DNA from: Octopus bimaculoides
Lineage: Eukaryota
Direction: 5' to 3'
NCBI RefSeq assembly: GCF_001194135.2
Contig: NC_068981.1
Location: 143,905,379-143,962,588 of the forward strand
Length of the DNA stretch: 57,210 nt
This document shows, piece by piece, positions 36,259-49,089 of this stretch (position 1 is the first letter of the stretch; every line of letters starts with the position of its first letter). The notes under the pieces were generated by a model that was given only the letters and a program-made list of their open reading frames with translations, was not told where the DNA came from and made no database searches. Position numbers and translations under genes: made by a program.

Positions 36259-36725
36259 TGTTAGGTAATGTTATGTTATGCTTTGTATTAAAAAATAATT
36301 AACCGATGTTGATCAATTTGTTTGTTTGTTGATCAAAAGACTTCTCCATTTTCTGCTTATTTAAATTTATATATATACATACGTATTATGGAAAAAAGGA
36401 AGTCTAGCGTTTACACATACATATATATGTGTATATGCGTATGTACATGTTGTGAGTGTGTATGTGTGTGCGTGTCTGTGCGTGTGTACGTGTGCGTGTG
36501 TTTGATTTATGATACACTATGAATTGCTTACGGTTGAAACGGATGTTAGTGGATGTGTAAATAGAATAGAACTAGGAAAACTGAAACCTTGAGGCAAACA
36601 TTTCCAGATCCGTTTCTATAGTAACATTCCATTTCTTCAGTCCGACGTTCTTTACATAATATTTCAGATACCTTCTAACAGAAAAGCCTTATAATTAATT
36701 ATACCCCCCCCCTACACCATTTAGT

Positions 36726-37058
36726 GAAGGCGCATGGCTCAGTGGCTAGAGCGTCGAGCTTACGATCGTAAGGTTGTGAGTTCGAATCTCGGACCGGGCT
36801 GCGTGTTGTGTTCTTGAGCAAGACACTTTATTTCACGTTGCTGCAGTTTACTCAGCTGTAGAAATGAGTTGTAACGTCACAGGTGCCAAGCTGTATCGGC
36901 ATTTACCTTTCCCTTTGATAACACAGGTGGCGTGGAGAGGGGAGGCCGGTATGCATGGGCGACTGCTGGTCTTCCATGAACAACTTTGCCCGGACTCGTG
37001 CCTAGGAGTGTAACTTTCAAGGTGCAATCCCATGGTCAGTCATGACCGAAGGGGGTCT
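36726..37058 (+). mobile_element. SINE family D, apparently full length
   Basis: TGGCTCAGTGG (A box), GGTTGTGAGTTCGAATCT (B box), TTCTTGAGCAAGACACTT (CORE-like); no acceptor stem or CCA end. A tail fragment TAACTTTCTAGGTGCAAT also occurs at ~1067-1085. Confidence 0.88.
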
Positions 37059-37284
37059 CAGCAGACTCCATTTAGCACAAACATGCACAAACTCTAAATT
37101 TTGCCTTCAACTTAGGTTTTCTAAACTCTGAGCAGGAATCCACGGTGACGTTGCATCAATATGCGCCATACTTCAACTTCTGTTTTAAATGCCTGAGTAT
37201 TCGCGTGCGACACACACACACACGCCGTCTTGATCTATGCAATTTTGGCCGAGCGTAACCTCAAGATCTTAACTTCTAGAAGAA

Positions 37285-37520
37285 ACGAGGGCTTCATCCC
37301 TGTATTTAGATTTGTAGTTTATCTTATCTACTTTCGAATTGAGTGGCAAAGCTGACCTTGGGATGATGCAAATTCAGAGCGCAAATACAGTTAGACATTT
37401 TGTCCGTGGCTTTAATGTATCCGCCAGTCTGGCACTTTATTTCATCGACTCCATAAAGATAAGAGGCAAACTGACCTTGGTAGGATAGGAACTCTGAACG
37501 TAAAGAACGTTTGAGATAGT
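37285..37520 (-). mobile_element. Two tandem decayed SINE family B copies
   Basis: GGCAAAGCTGACCTTGGGA...AATTCAGAGC...CCGCCAGTC, then AGGCAAACTGACCTTGGTAGGATAGGAACTCTGAACGTAAAG. Confidence 0.6.
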
Positions 37521-38019
37521 TTGAGGAGAAGTACCCACGCTATTTGCACACCTAACAACACAGGTTAAATTGATACGATTAGTGTTCAGCATGAACATTT
37601 CTTTGAGGGAAAAACGTGGCCAAATTGATTTCCAATGGCTTTCAGTTGTATGGGAAGAGCCTGGGTAAATAGTTTGGATCGCAGTTTCGATGTGGTAAGA
37701 CATAATTAGGAAACCATTGCCGTAGAAACAGTAGAGACAAATAGGGAAGACTGAGTATTTGCTATAAGGGAATAAATTGCCAACTATTGCAATAATCTAC
37801 ACTGGATAGTGCTATAGGATAATAGTACAGTAGTACTTTCCATACTTATAAGGAGTTTTGAAGTGTGGGTCCTACGTTATCTTTCTGAAAGCTAAACATG
37901 TATGCATATATACCGGTATGAATGTCTTTAAATCAATGAAGCACAACCAACACGTTTATATTATGTGCGTGTGCGTGCGCGCACGCGTGTGTGTATCTAT
38001 CTATCTATCTATCTATATA

Positions 38020-38056
<37 letters not shown>

Positions 38057-38337
38057 NNNNNNNNNNNNNNNNNNNNNNNNNNNNNNNNNNNNNNNNNNNN
38101 NNNNNNNNNNNNNNNNNNNNNNNNNNNNNTATAAATTTGAAAACCCTACAAGACTATGTGAAAGCGCTAATTTATAAAACATGTGACATGAATAAAAATC
38201 TGTAAATGTACAACCATCCAGACATCTGAGTACCTAATTGTTATTTTTTCTAATATATAATTTCTGTACATCACCTCCAAACCTTCCAATATATATATCA
38301 GGCACGTGCCGTCAGCAATTACTCAGGGTAGCAGGTG

Positions 38338-38394
38338 ACATTTATATAGTAAAACACATTTATATAGTAAAACACATTCATATAGTAAAACACA
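38338..38394. repeat. 18-bp tandem repeat x3 (ACATTTATATAGTAAAAC)
   Basis: Direct inspection. Confidence 0.95.
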
Positions 38395-39564
38395 AAAAAA
38401 TAAGCGAAACACAGTCGCCTGACTGAGTTGAAGGCAGATTTACTTCTGCCTTTTAGAGCACGTAAAGAAAACGTTGTTGTAGGAATGTACGCAGCACGTG
38501 TACTACAGCACTACTATACTCAGCATAAATACTGAGATTGAAAGGCAGTGGCAAATTATGCCAACCTAATCTACAGAAAAATAATATATTTTGCATTTTA
38601 TGCATAGTAATCAGAGTAACTTTCATAATTATATCAAATTAGGGGCATATTTTGCCATAAAAGGAAAATGTTGCTATCGATCTATTTTATTCGAGGTAAG
38701 CACTGCCTGCCTTGCCTATCATACATATATAGAGAGAAATGCAAAATTCACATGAATACACCGTGAATACACGCTACATGAGAACGACGTTGGTATGCTA
38801 AGAGCATGGACACCTTTAATCACACGTTTGCATATTAGGGATCACCGCGGACTAAATAACAACCAGATGCACAAATTGGTGTCAGCATTATTGCAAAATG
38901 TTGTTGAGAGTGTAATTAAAAGATTTAAAACAAAACTTACAAAAACAAATCGTGCGAAAGAGAATAATTATGAAATGTTGTTTATGAATAAATATAAATT
39001 CTAATTTTAAAAATATTAATTGCAATCAACCACTTGGTTTCAACAAAAACGAAAATATTTTGAATATCTCAAAAACATTTTCAGTGTGCAGTTTTAATCG
39101 CAGCTATATATGCATATAAATTATTGAACTGGCAGTATGTGGTATTCCTTCAGGCTCTTAGGTCCCTGCATTCTGAATAGAAATATCGCGGTGATCATCA
39201 TTATCTTGCATCCCTTCGGGATCGATAAAGGACTAGTCCAATGCTGAGATTAATTCTTCTTCTTCGTCTACTTCTCCCTTTTCTCTTTCTTTTCATCTTG
39301 TTCTCTACGTCTCTCTCTCTCTCTCTTTCTTTTCTTTCTCTCTTTCTTTTCTTTCTCTTCTTTCTCTTTCTCTCTCTCTCTCTCTTTCTTTTTCTCTCTT
39401 TCTCTCGCTTTCTTTCTGTTTCTCTCTTCGTCTCTGGGAGAAATTGCTTTTGGTCAGACTTCGAGAGGAATGGGAAAACTTAAAATATCCAAAACACGCC
39501 GAATTTCAAGACTATTCTCCGGTCGATTTAATCAAGATTTAAGAGACCGAATTAAGTCATATCT

Positions 39565-39770
39565 TAGTTTTAAATTTTGGCACAAGGCCTGCAATCTGGG
39601 GTGGGAAGGAGGTAGGGGTAAGTCATCGACCTCTAGAGCTGAACTTAGCACGTATTTTATCGGCCACGAAAGGATGAAATGCAAAGTCGACCTCGGCGGA
39701 ATTTGAACTCATAACCTAAATTCCGCTAAGCATTTTGCCCGGCGTGCTAACGATTCTGCCAGCTTGCCAT
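39565..39770 (-). mobile_element. SINE family B (tail type 2)
   Basis: GGCACAAGGCCTGCAATCT...GAAAGGATGAAATGCAAAGTCGACCTCGGCGGAATTTGAACTC...GCTAACGATTCTGCCAGCT. Confidence 0.88.
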
Positions 39771-40559
39771 CTCGAAAGTAAGTCATATATCAATATATAA
39801 ATGTAACCGTATAGAGTATTTTAGTATAAACATCAAACAATATGCCTACGGTAATAGAGGAAGCAATTAATAAAAAGCAGTCAAAGCCGAACACGTTATT
39901 ACTTTGCAGTGAATATAAGCGGGACCAATTGATGAAATTTATGCTTTTCTGCTTCTATATAACGGTTAAGAATTAAGAATTAATCTAGGAGGTTACGAGA
40001 CAACGTAATTACCACTACATCATATATGCATAGGGTTGGGCAGGCAGTTGGCATCAGTAAAATATTATATGTGGGTGAGTGCATGCGTTTGTGTGTGTGT
40101 AGACTTTATGATTATTATTTGAGTGGCTTTAGTAAATTTCATTCCTTTATAAACATTCAGACGATGTTCTTTAGTCTGAGGATAATCCATGAGCCGTCGT
40201 TTCTTCTCTCTTTTCTCCCACCCGTTATAAGTCTCCGAAACCCTACATGAATTGTCATATGTGCTGTTTTTCTCATCTGTCTGACAGATAACAAATAAAG
40301 AATGTAAGAGCAAGCGTGTTGAGAGACAGAAAGGGGTTGAGAATTAAATCTGTATACAATATTAGCTGCAAAATGCATACATAGATTTGACACTGGTCAA
40401 GATATCCATTGAGATGATATTTTTTTTTTCCTAAAAGGGCTTCATCGACATTTTGTGATATGACTAGCACAATTTGTTATTGAGAATGTGTCAGCGAAAT
40501 TCCTGTTGGAGGCGGAAGCTGCAACACAAAACAGCCACATCAATCAATCCACACTATTC

Positions 40560-41023
40560 CGTAAAAAGCTACATATTACGATGATGTTCACGATCATGAA
40601 CACGACAATAAAAACGGTGATAGTGTTGTTGTTGATGTTGTTGTTNNNNNNNNNNNNNNNNNNNNNNNNNNNNNNNNNNNNNNNNNNNNNNNNNNNNNNN
40701 NNNNNNNNNNNNNNNNNNNNNNNNNNNNNNNNNNNNNNNNNNNNNNNNNNNNNNNNNNNNNNNNNNNNNNNNNNNNNNNNNNNNNNNNNNNNNNNNNNNN
40801 NNNNNNNNNNNNNNNNNNNNNNNNNNNNNNNNNNNNNNNNNNNNNNNNNNNNNNNNNNNNNNNNNNNNNNNNNNNNNNNNNNNNNNNNNNNNNNNNNNNN
40901 NNNNNNNNNNNNNNNNNNNNNNNNNNNNNNNNNNNNNNNNNNNNNNNNNNNNNNNNNNNNNNNNNNNNNNNNNNNNNNNNNNNNNNNNNNNNNNNNNNNN
41001 NNNNNNNNNAGCGGCGGCAGCGG

Positions 41024-41054
<31 letters not shown>

Positions 41055-41230
41055 AGCGGCAGTAGCAGCAGAGCAGCGATAACGCTGTTGAATACGAGGT
41101 TAGGGACAGTATTAGTGGTAGCGTTGTCAATGGTAATGTTGATAACGGAAATAATGATGAGGATAAACATGGTGATAGCGAAGAATATGATGATAGCAAT
41201 GAGAGTGAGGAAAACAGAGAAAGAAGGTCA
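40560..41230. repeat. Degenerate trinucleotide tract with (GGCGGCAGC)n around a gap
   Basis: GTT/GAT repeats before the gap, 9-bp GGCGGCAGC units after it, decaying into RRY triplets. Confidence 0.85.
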
Positions 41231-41459
41231 GTAGTTATAATGATTTGCTGGAGAATTATATTAAAAACTTTGTGTATTTAATTATAATCTTTCAAGTAAC
41301 TAAATGGGTTCAATTCTCGCCAGAGTAAACGTCTTTCGTCTTTCCGAGGATTGATACAAATAAAGGTCAACCAACGACTGAATGCGAGTTTATTTAAACA
41401 ACTATAGACTTTTTGCCCTGAAATATGTACCTAGGAGCCAACAGAAGAGCGGAACCGTA

Positions 41460-41795
41460 ATGGCGTAAGATAATATACCACAAGGTCCCTGGACCAACAT
41501 TTTACTTTCTGAATTCATATCCTACCAAGGTCATTTTTGCTTTCCTTCATCTGGAGTCGAATGAAGTATCAACAAGGGGCTGGAGTTGATTTAATCAACT
41601 AAAACATTTCCTAAAAACTGCTGGCTTTGTGATTATATGAGATCATATGAATTAAAGTCCCACCGAGGTTTAAATTTATCTTTCATCCTTTCGGGAGCAA
41701 TTTAATAAAAATGCCAGTTAGGTACTGGGTTCAATGATATCAATGAAGCCCTCCTCTCAAATACTGCTGGCTTTTGCTTAAATTAGGGACCATTA
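41460..41795 (+). mobile_element. Two decayed SINE family B copies
   Basis: GAATTCATATCCTACCAAGGTCATTTTTGCTTTCCTTCATC and CTTTCATCCTTTCGGGAG...TACTGGGTTCAATG...GGCTTTTGCTTAAATTAG. Confidence 0.6.
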
Positions 41796-41811
41796 TTATT
41801 GTCATTATTAT

Positions 41812-42155
41812 TTTCTCTTTATCACAGGTTTTGTTGGAGCTCCTGGAGTCTTGCATGCGTAGCAGGCTTATTACCTGCAGTCTACGGTTCCATGCTATTC
41901 GTTCTTTCCAGCTATCTAATACTTTCTTGATTATTCTGGCTGTACAGAACTGTTACAAACTTTTTGTAACAGTTCTACTAGGCACTCTATTCCAATTTCC
42001 TTTATATTCCTCTTGATGCCTTCTGATACTGTTCCCAAGGACCCAACGATAATCGGCACTATCTTTCCATTCTTCATTTCCCATAGCTGGGCTATTTCGT
42101 ACTTAAAAGGGTTGTATCTATTTATCTTTTCGTCTTCCTTCTTGACTATATTATC
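41812..42155 (-). mobile_element. 5'-truncated RLE-type non-LTR retrotransposon 3' end (copy B)
   Basis: DNIVKKEDEKINRYNPFKYEIAQLWEMKNGKIVPIIVGSLGTVSEGIKRNIKEIGIECLVELLQKVC..TARIIKKVLD matches the KExEKxxKY..LW..VPxxxGALG..LQK..TARIxRKVL C-terminus of R4/Hero/NeSL-type ORFs. Confidence 0.88.
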
Positions 42156-42177
42156 ATTATTATTATTATTATTATTA

Positions 42178-42208
<31 letters not shown>

Positions 42209-42260
42209 CATTACTACTACTACTACTACTACTACTATTATTATTATTATTATTATTATT
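42149..42260. repeat. (TTA)n(CTA)n(TTA)n microsatellite between two RLE elements
   Basis: Direct inspection. Confidence 0.97.
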
Positions 42261-42539
42261 AACGAATGTTGTCTTGAGGTTGTGTGCCAAAAATATTCCT
42301 CAGATTTCAAGAATCTTTCTTAGGATTTGTGCTGAATACAGGATTGTACTTTTCAGCAGTTTAACAAAGCGAGTCTCAGTTCCAATATTTTTCAGTCTGT
42401 TAGGGAACAGTTTGGGTGCTCTGCCAAGTGCACAAATTACCACAAGTATAACGGTCGTCTTAGTCTTCCGCAGTCCCTTCAATTACTGATATTTCTCAAG
42501 ATTTTCGAGTACTTTTTTATCCACTCTGCTAACGTTATC
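42261..42539 (-). mobile_element. 5'-truncated RLE-type non-LTR retrotransposon 3' end (copy A)
   Basis: DNVSRVDKKVLENLEKYQ*LKGLRKTKTTVILVVICALGRAPKLFPNRLKNIGTETRFVKLLKSTILYSAQILRKILEI*. Confidence 0.8.
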
Positions 42540-42540
42540 G

Positions 42541-42566
42541 CCATTATTATCGTCACCGGCATTATT

Positions 42567-42639
<73 letters not shown>

Positions 42640-42654
42640 CATCATCATCATCAT
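42541..42654. repeat. (ATC)n microsatellite
   Basis: Direct inspection. Confidence 0.97.
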
Positions 42655-43256
42655 CTCAATTTTAAGGCTGCATCTTTCCGATGGTATAGAAATCACCAAC
42701 ATTGAGTAAACTATCCAAGGATGTTGCGTTCACTTACATTCGTTTATCACCACAGAGAAAATATAGATGAACACTACATATGTAGACAGAAGATATCCAT
42801 AAAACTAAATGATGGATATGAATGCTCATAGACAAGAACTTGACACTGTTGTAAATTCTTTTTCTAATTAATCAATAAATGCATTCCAACAAATCTGACT
42901 ATGATCAAGAGATCTAAGTGATTCGAAAAAGCAGTTTGGAATTCTATTTCCATCCGAGTTTTTCTTTTGTTTTTTTCTTTTTGCAGGCATCAACTTACAA
43001 TTAAACTTCAGTTGCATTAATATCACTAGTTTCACTTGTATGTATAGGTCATACACACAGCCTCTTCCTTTCCATATACTGAAATATGTATTTCTTGCCA
43101 ACAAGGGGGCACTTAGCATTCTCCAATTCCAAATTATCTTCTACGAGTTATAAACAAAATGGGGCGTAGAGAGGATGACAAATGAACATAAGAAAAAAAT
43201 CAGGAAAAACAAACCTTCAACAGTTTTCGACCAAATATCATCACAATTTCGACACC

Positions 43257-43302
43257 TTCAAATAACACGGTTCAATAACACGGTTCAAATAACACGGTTC
43301 AA
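43257..43302. repeat. 14-bp tandem repeat x3 (TTCAAATAACACGG)
   Basis: Units at 43257, 43271 (13 bp) and 43284. Confidence 0.92.
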
Positions 43303-44027
43303 TTTGGCGATCTCAGCTACGTAAGCTACTTGGATATAAATGCGCAAACATGATTGACGGACCTGAACAGAAAAAGAATAAGACATATACAATAACAAGA
43401 CACAGAGGAGGCCATGAAACCGAAACGGTAAATACAGATGAGCTATGAGGAGAACGGGATATATATATATATATATATATANNNNNNNNNNNNNNNNNNN
43501 NNNNNNNNNNNNNNNNNNNNNNNNNNNNNNNNNNNNNNNNNNNNNNNNNNNNNNNNNNNNNNNNNNNNNNNNNNNNNNNNNNNNNNNNNNNNNNNNNNNN
43601 NNNNNNNNNNNNNNNNNNNNNNNNNNNNNNNNNNNNNNNNNNNNNNNNNNNNNNNNNNNNNNNNNNNNNNNNNNNNNNNNNNNNNNNNNNNNNNNNNNNN
43701 NNNNNNNNNNNNNNNNNNNNNNNNNNNNNNNNNNNNNNNNNNNNNNNNNNNNNNNNNNNNNNNNNNNNNNNNNNNNNNNNNNNNNNNNNNNNNNNNNNNN
43801 NNNNNNNNNNNNNNNNNNNNNNNNNNNNNNNNNNNNNNNNNNNNNNNNNNNNNNNNNNNNNNNNNNNNNNNNNNNNNNNNNNNNNNNNNNNNNNNNNNNN
43901 NNNNNNNNNNNNNNNNNNNNNNNNNNNNNNNNNNNNNNNNNNNNNNNNNNNNNNNNNNNNNNNNNNNNNNNNNNNNNNNNNNNNNNNNNNNNNNNNNNNN
44001 NNNNNNNNNNNNNNNNNNNNNNNNNNN

Positions 44028-44065
<38 letters not shown>

Positions 44066-44959
44066 ACGAAGACGTGACAAATAAGCAAAGACAAAAACTG
44101 GAAAGATATTCGTATATGTCGGAATATGTTTCACCCAACAACTACAAATTATTACCTGTTAATTAGCTGTGTTAATCAATCTCTACAAGAATTCCACGTG
44201 TTTACTTCATTATTCATTAGCCAAATAGTACAAGCAGAATAATGTATTTCCACTAATGTCCAACACAAGGAAATATCACACGTATAATCGAAGCTTGGAA
44301 CAAGTGTTAACTCAAGGAATAAGATGAAATACTAAATTAATGGTTGATGTTTTAATACAGCTACCAATTAGAAAAAGAAAATGAACAGCAAACCCACTAT
44401 CCATTTATATCTTATTCTCTCTTTCTCTCTCTCATTGTTTCTTTCCCCATCTTTCTATCTCTTTATTTCTTTCTTTCTTTCTCTCTTTCTGTTTCTCTCT
44501 TTCTGTCTCTGCTTCTCTGTCCCTACCTCCCTTTCCTTCTCTCTATTTCCCTCTCTTTCTCTTTCTCTCTGACCCTCTCTTGCACCACCCTCTCTCATTC
44601 GTTCTTCATATAGATGTGTGTGTTGAGTGCATGTTTGTGTGTGTGCATAGAGATGTGTGTGAGTGTGTGTGTGTGTGTGTATCCTAGTGCTTATGTATTG
44701 GTTTGTGCGTGTTGTCTTATATGTGAATATGTATGTATTTACACATATACATATATATAATATATATAATACATATNNNNNNNNNNTATATATACATATG
44801 AATAACATATACGTATATATGATATATATTATATATATATATATATATGTTATATACACATATACATTACAAACACACATGTATATTACCATATACGCAC
44901 ATATATTTCATGGATGTCTGTATGTGTGTGTGTGAGAGACAGAGAGTGTGTGTGTATAA

Positions 44960-45129
<170 letters not shown>

Positions 45130-45648
45130 ATATACACCAATTCACAAGCCCCTACTTATGTCGCTGCCACTTGAAACAAATCTACCTTTTCCCGAAAGAT
45201 ACTCTACATAGTTTTGATAATCCTAATAGCAGTGATTACACTTAACAGCTTCTCTCAAGATCACCAAATATCTTTCATCTCTTCAACAACTTTTCTATAA
45301 CACTCTTATTAACATTTTCCACTATTTTTCACAATTTTAAGATTCCTTTTCTTTGGATTTATGCATTTTCAATCAAACAATATTTTTAACCCATTTTTGC
45401 TCTTTCTCTCTTTTTGCTCCCTCTCATTTTACCAAACTGTGCGTGTATATACCATCAGTTTCATAGAGAGATATTTAGATATATACACCGACACACCTAT
45501 ACACACACTTAAATACGCGTATACACGTACTTGCGTGTATTATATAAGCATCTAATCTGTCTATACATACCGATATATAGCTGTGAGTGTATGAATGTGT
45601 ATTATATATAATTTATAGATATGCATATTATCTAATTATAACATACAA

Positions 45649-45799
<151 letters not shown>

Positions 45800-46023
45800 C
45801 ATACATATATACATATATATTTATACAATACACATACATATATAAATATACATATATATACGTATGTATGTGTATGTATGTTTGCATGTGTGCATATATA
45901 TATATTTATATTTATATATATATAAATATATATATATATAATGCATGCATGCGCGTATGAACGTGCATATATACACAAATATATATACATGCAAGGGTAC
46001 ATATGTAGTATGCGTGTGTGTGC

Positions 46024-46063
<40 letters not shown>

Positions 46064-46534
46064 ACTTGTGTTTATATAAAAATGTGTTAATAGCTAGGTG
46101 TCCTATACATAATTATAATTATGTTTCTCTTTTGGTCTCTATCTATTTATTTATCCAGCAATCTCACACTTGTCTTTCTTTCTCCATCTCCATCATATCT
46201 TTTCCTCAATATTTCCCCCTTGTGTGTATTTTTGTCTACGATTTTATTTGAAATTCCTCTCTCTGATCTTTCAAACATTCGTTCACACACACTCGCACAT
46301 ACTTCCTGACACGTACACATAAATATATACATACACAGAAGTACACACACAAATAGAGATAGATATATATGTATATATAGACAGACAGACAGACAGAGAG
46401 AGAGAGAGAGAGAGAGATGCGCGCGCGAAAGTGTGTACGCTTGTATACATATATGTATGTATGTACGTACGTATGTTTGTATGTATATATTTATGTATAC
46501 ACGTCTGTGTCGAAAGGTTGAAAGAGTGGTTTTA

Positions 46535-46620
46535 CTGGCGAGCTTGGAAAATCGTTAGGACTGCGGCTAAAACGCTTCGTGGCATTTCTTCCATCTTTAT
46601 GTTCTGAGTTCAAATTTCTG
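46535..46620 (+). mobile_element. SINE family B head fragment
   Basis: CTGGCGAGCTTGGAAAATCGTTAG...TCTTTATGTTCTGAGTTCAAATT. Confidence 0.65.
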
Positions 46621-46621
46621 A

Positions 46622-46945
46622 CGTTGGAGATGTGCTACGATAACAGCTGTTCACTATCAGTGGACTAAAGTGACACCCCATATTTTTCCAGCACCATCCG
46701 AAGTATTCGCAGTGCTGTTTTCTGCAAGTGTTCCACCCTTATTGCAGCCCCTGTTTGTTCCATGTTCTTCTCGAGATTTTTACTCACTGATCCCAGGGCT
46801 CCGACACTTATTGGTATTACTACCACCTTTTTCAGCGACCGCAGCTGCTTAACCTCCGAAGCTAACCTGTCATATCTATCGACTTTTCTTTCTTTCTTAT
46901 GGCATACCTTGTTGTCAGCTGGGCATGCTATATGTATGAGCCTTA
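46622..46945 (-). mobile_element. 5'-truncated RLE-type non-LTR retrotransposon 3' end (copy C)
   Basis: IHIACPADNKVCHKKERKVDRYDRLASEVKQLRSLKKVVVIPISVGALGSVSKNLEKNMEQTGAAIRVEHLQKTALRILRMVLE. Confidence 0.9.
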
Positions 46946-46949
46946 TTAC

Positions 46950-46981
<32 letters not shown>

Positions 46982-47046
46982 GCAGCAGCAGTAGTAGTAG
47001 CAGCAGTAGTAGCAGCAGCAGCAGCAGCACGAGCAGCAGCATCACG

Positions 47047-47125
<79 letters not shown>

Positions 47126-47127
47126 AT
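46943..47127. repeat. (ATT)n(AGC)n(AGT)n compound microsatellite
   Basis: Direct inspection. Confidence 0.97.
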
Positions 47128-48123
47128 AGCTCTTGAAAAATAATGTATTATTAGTATCTAACAAAGAACTGAATAAATTTCAAACAGAATAATATATAGT
47201 TTTATGCAAAAATGTGATGAGTTGCTCAGTTGAAAACACGTTAACATATATATATATATTAACTATACGAGGACACATATATTTAAAGACAAGAAAATAT
47301 AAACAGGTACTGAACCTGCATCAGATGGTTGCTGTTGGAAACAAAATCGAATTGAAGTAAACATTTAATCACTCGTGGGACGAAAGACGTAGTGCATGTG
47401 ATGTAATCATTGAAATGAATTTTTCTTTTAATTCAAATTTATTCTCTTCAAGCTTAGATATACTATATCAGAGTACATCAACGTATTCAGATTAAATCAA
47501 AACCTGGAGATATGCATTATTAATGAATGTCGCACATAAATACAATATGAATATAGATTTCCAAAGCAGTGGCTAAAAACGGACTCAATAAGCTCGAAGC
47601 TTAGAGTAAAAGACTAATGTATAAATTAATATTATGATGCAGACTAACTGAACAAAAGAAAAGAAAACGACCTGAGGCGTATGTATTAACATATTAATAT
47701 ATATATATATATATATATAGTAAATGAATTGGGATGCATTTATATTCCTCGAGTTTATAAATATTCGTGCGCATAAACGCTTGCAGAGCCTTCATCAGCC
47801 GAGCAGCAAATAAAAAAAGCAAGAAAAATATTGCAATAAAGACGTGTGTGTGGTTGTATGTATGAAAGAGAAAGATTTTGTGTTTGTTTGTACGGTTGTA
47901 TAGATAAGTAGGCACTTATGTATATGTCTCCCTCTTTATGTTGTTTTTCGTATATTATCTGATGTATAATTTGTTTGTTTTATTCTGTCATCCTACCAAT
48001 TTTTTGTGCATTTGGCCGTTAATTTATTAACTGATCTCACGTAATCTACTCACCTATCTCTTTTAATGCACCAATCTACACAGAATGTATATGCTAACAT
48101 CATGGCATTTCATATTGAATCCG

Positions 48124-48169
<46 letters not shown>

Positions 48170-48236
48170 NNNNNNNNNNNNNNNNNNNNNNNNNNNNNNN
48201 NNNNNNNNNNNNNNNNNNNNNNNNNNNNNNNNNNNN

Positions 48237-48278
<42 letters not shown>

Positions 48279-48452
48279 CCTCACTCTTTCTCACTTTCTC
48301 TCCCAAATTTCTGCTTTTATCATCACTTTGAAACCTATGTTAATTACATCCTTCTCTCGCCTTCACATATACACATGCACGTAGATATAACGCCTGTATC
48401 TATATAAATGCACATATATATGCACAGATAGATATATGTATGGATATATGTA

Positions 48453-48489
<37 letters not shown>

Positions 48490-48809
48490 CATACTTACCT
48501 ATATATACATATATATATATACGCACACATACAAACAAACCTACACCTGGATTACTGATGTTAGTATGTTCTACTTTTTCCTCCCAACCAGTAACTTCGT
48601 TATCCAAGGAGGGTAAAATATATTTAATGCAGATAGTTTCTTTAAAATTTTGAAAAAAAAAACACATTTACTTTTAAAAAAACAGTATGTCTGCAATGCT
48701 CAAACGTATATGCATATGTATGTGCTTACNNNNNNNNNNTCTATGTATATATACGTAATCAAACACACACATACAAACACACATGCACAAATACACACAC
48801 ACACACATA

Positions 48810-48843
<34 letters not shown>

Positions 48844-49089
48844 CATACATAGAAAAGGAGAGAAATAGGGAGAAGGGAGAAATACAGTGAGAGAAATCCT
48901 TTTATATGTAATTTAATCAAAAAATATACACACTTTACACATAAAAATCCTTTGAACAAAATTATGTGAAATTCGATCCAAAAAATATATAGGTTCTTCA
49001 GTCAATGCAACAAGTAAAATATACGAAATAAGAAAAGAATAATCATCTAACTGATGGTTGTGTTAAATTTTTACTTTTATAAAAAAAAT

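Noticed and set aside
36729-36800. tRNA gene candidate
   Set aside because: Continues into a CORE-like SINE body and lacks an acceptor-stem 3' half and terminator.
41010-41234. Gly/Ser-rich then acidic reading (SGGSGG; DNGNNDEDKHGDSEEYDDS)
   Set aside because: Explained by decayed RRY trinucleotide repeats like those at 22.9k and 55.5k; frames are interrupted.
43403-43430. CAGAGGA-GG..CC-GAAA-CGG-TA hammerhead-like string
   Set aside because: 2-bp stem II, mutated core and no stem I; may be a relic but is not supportable.
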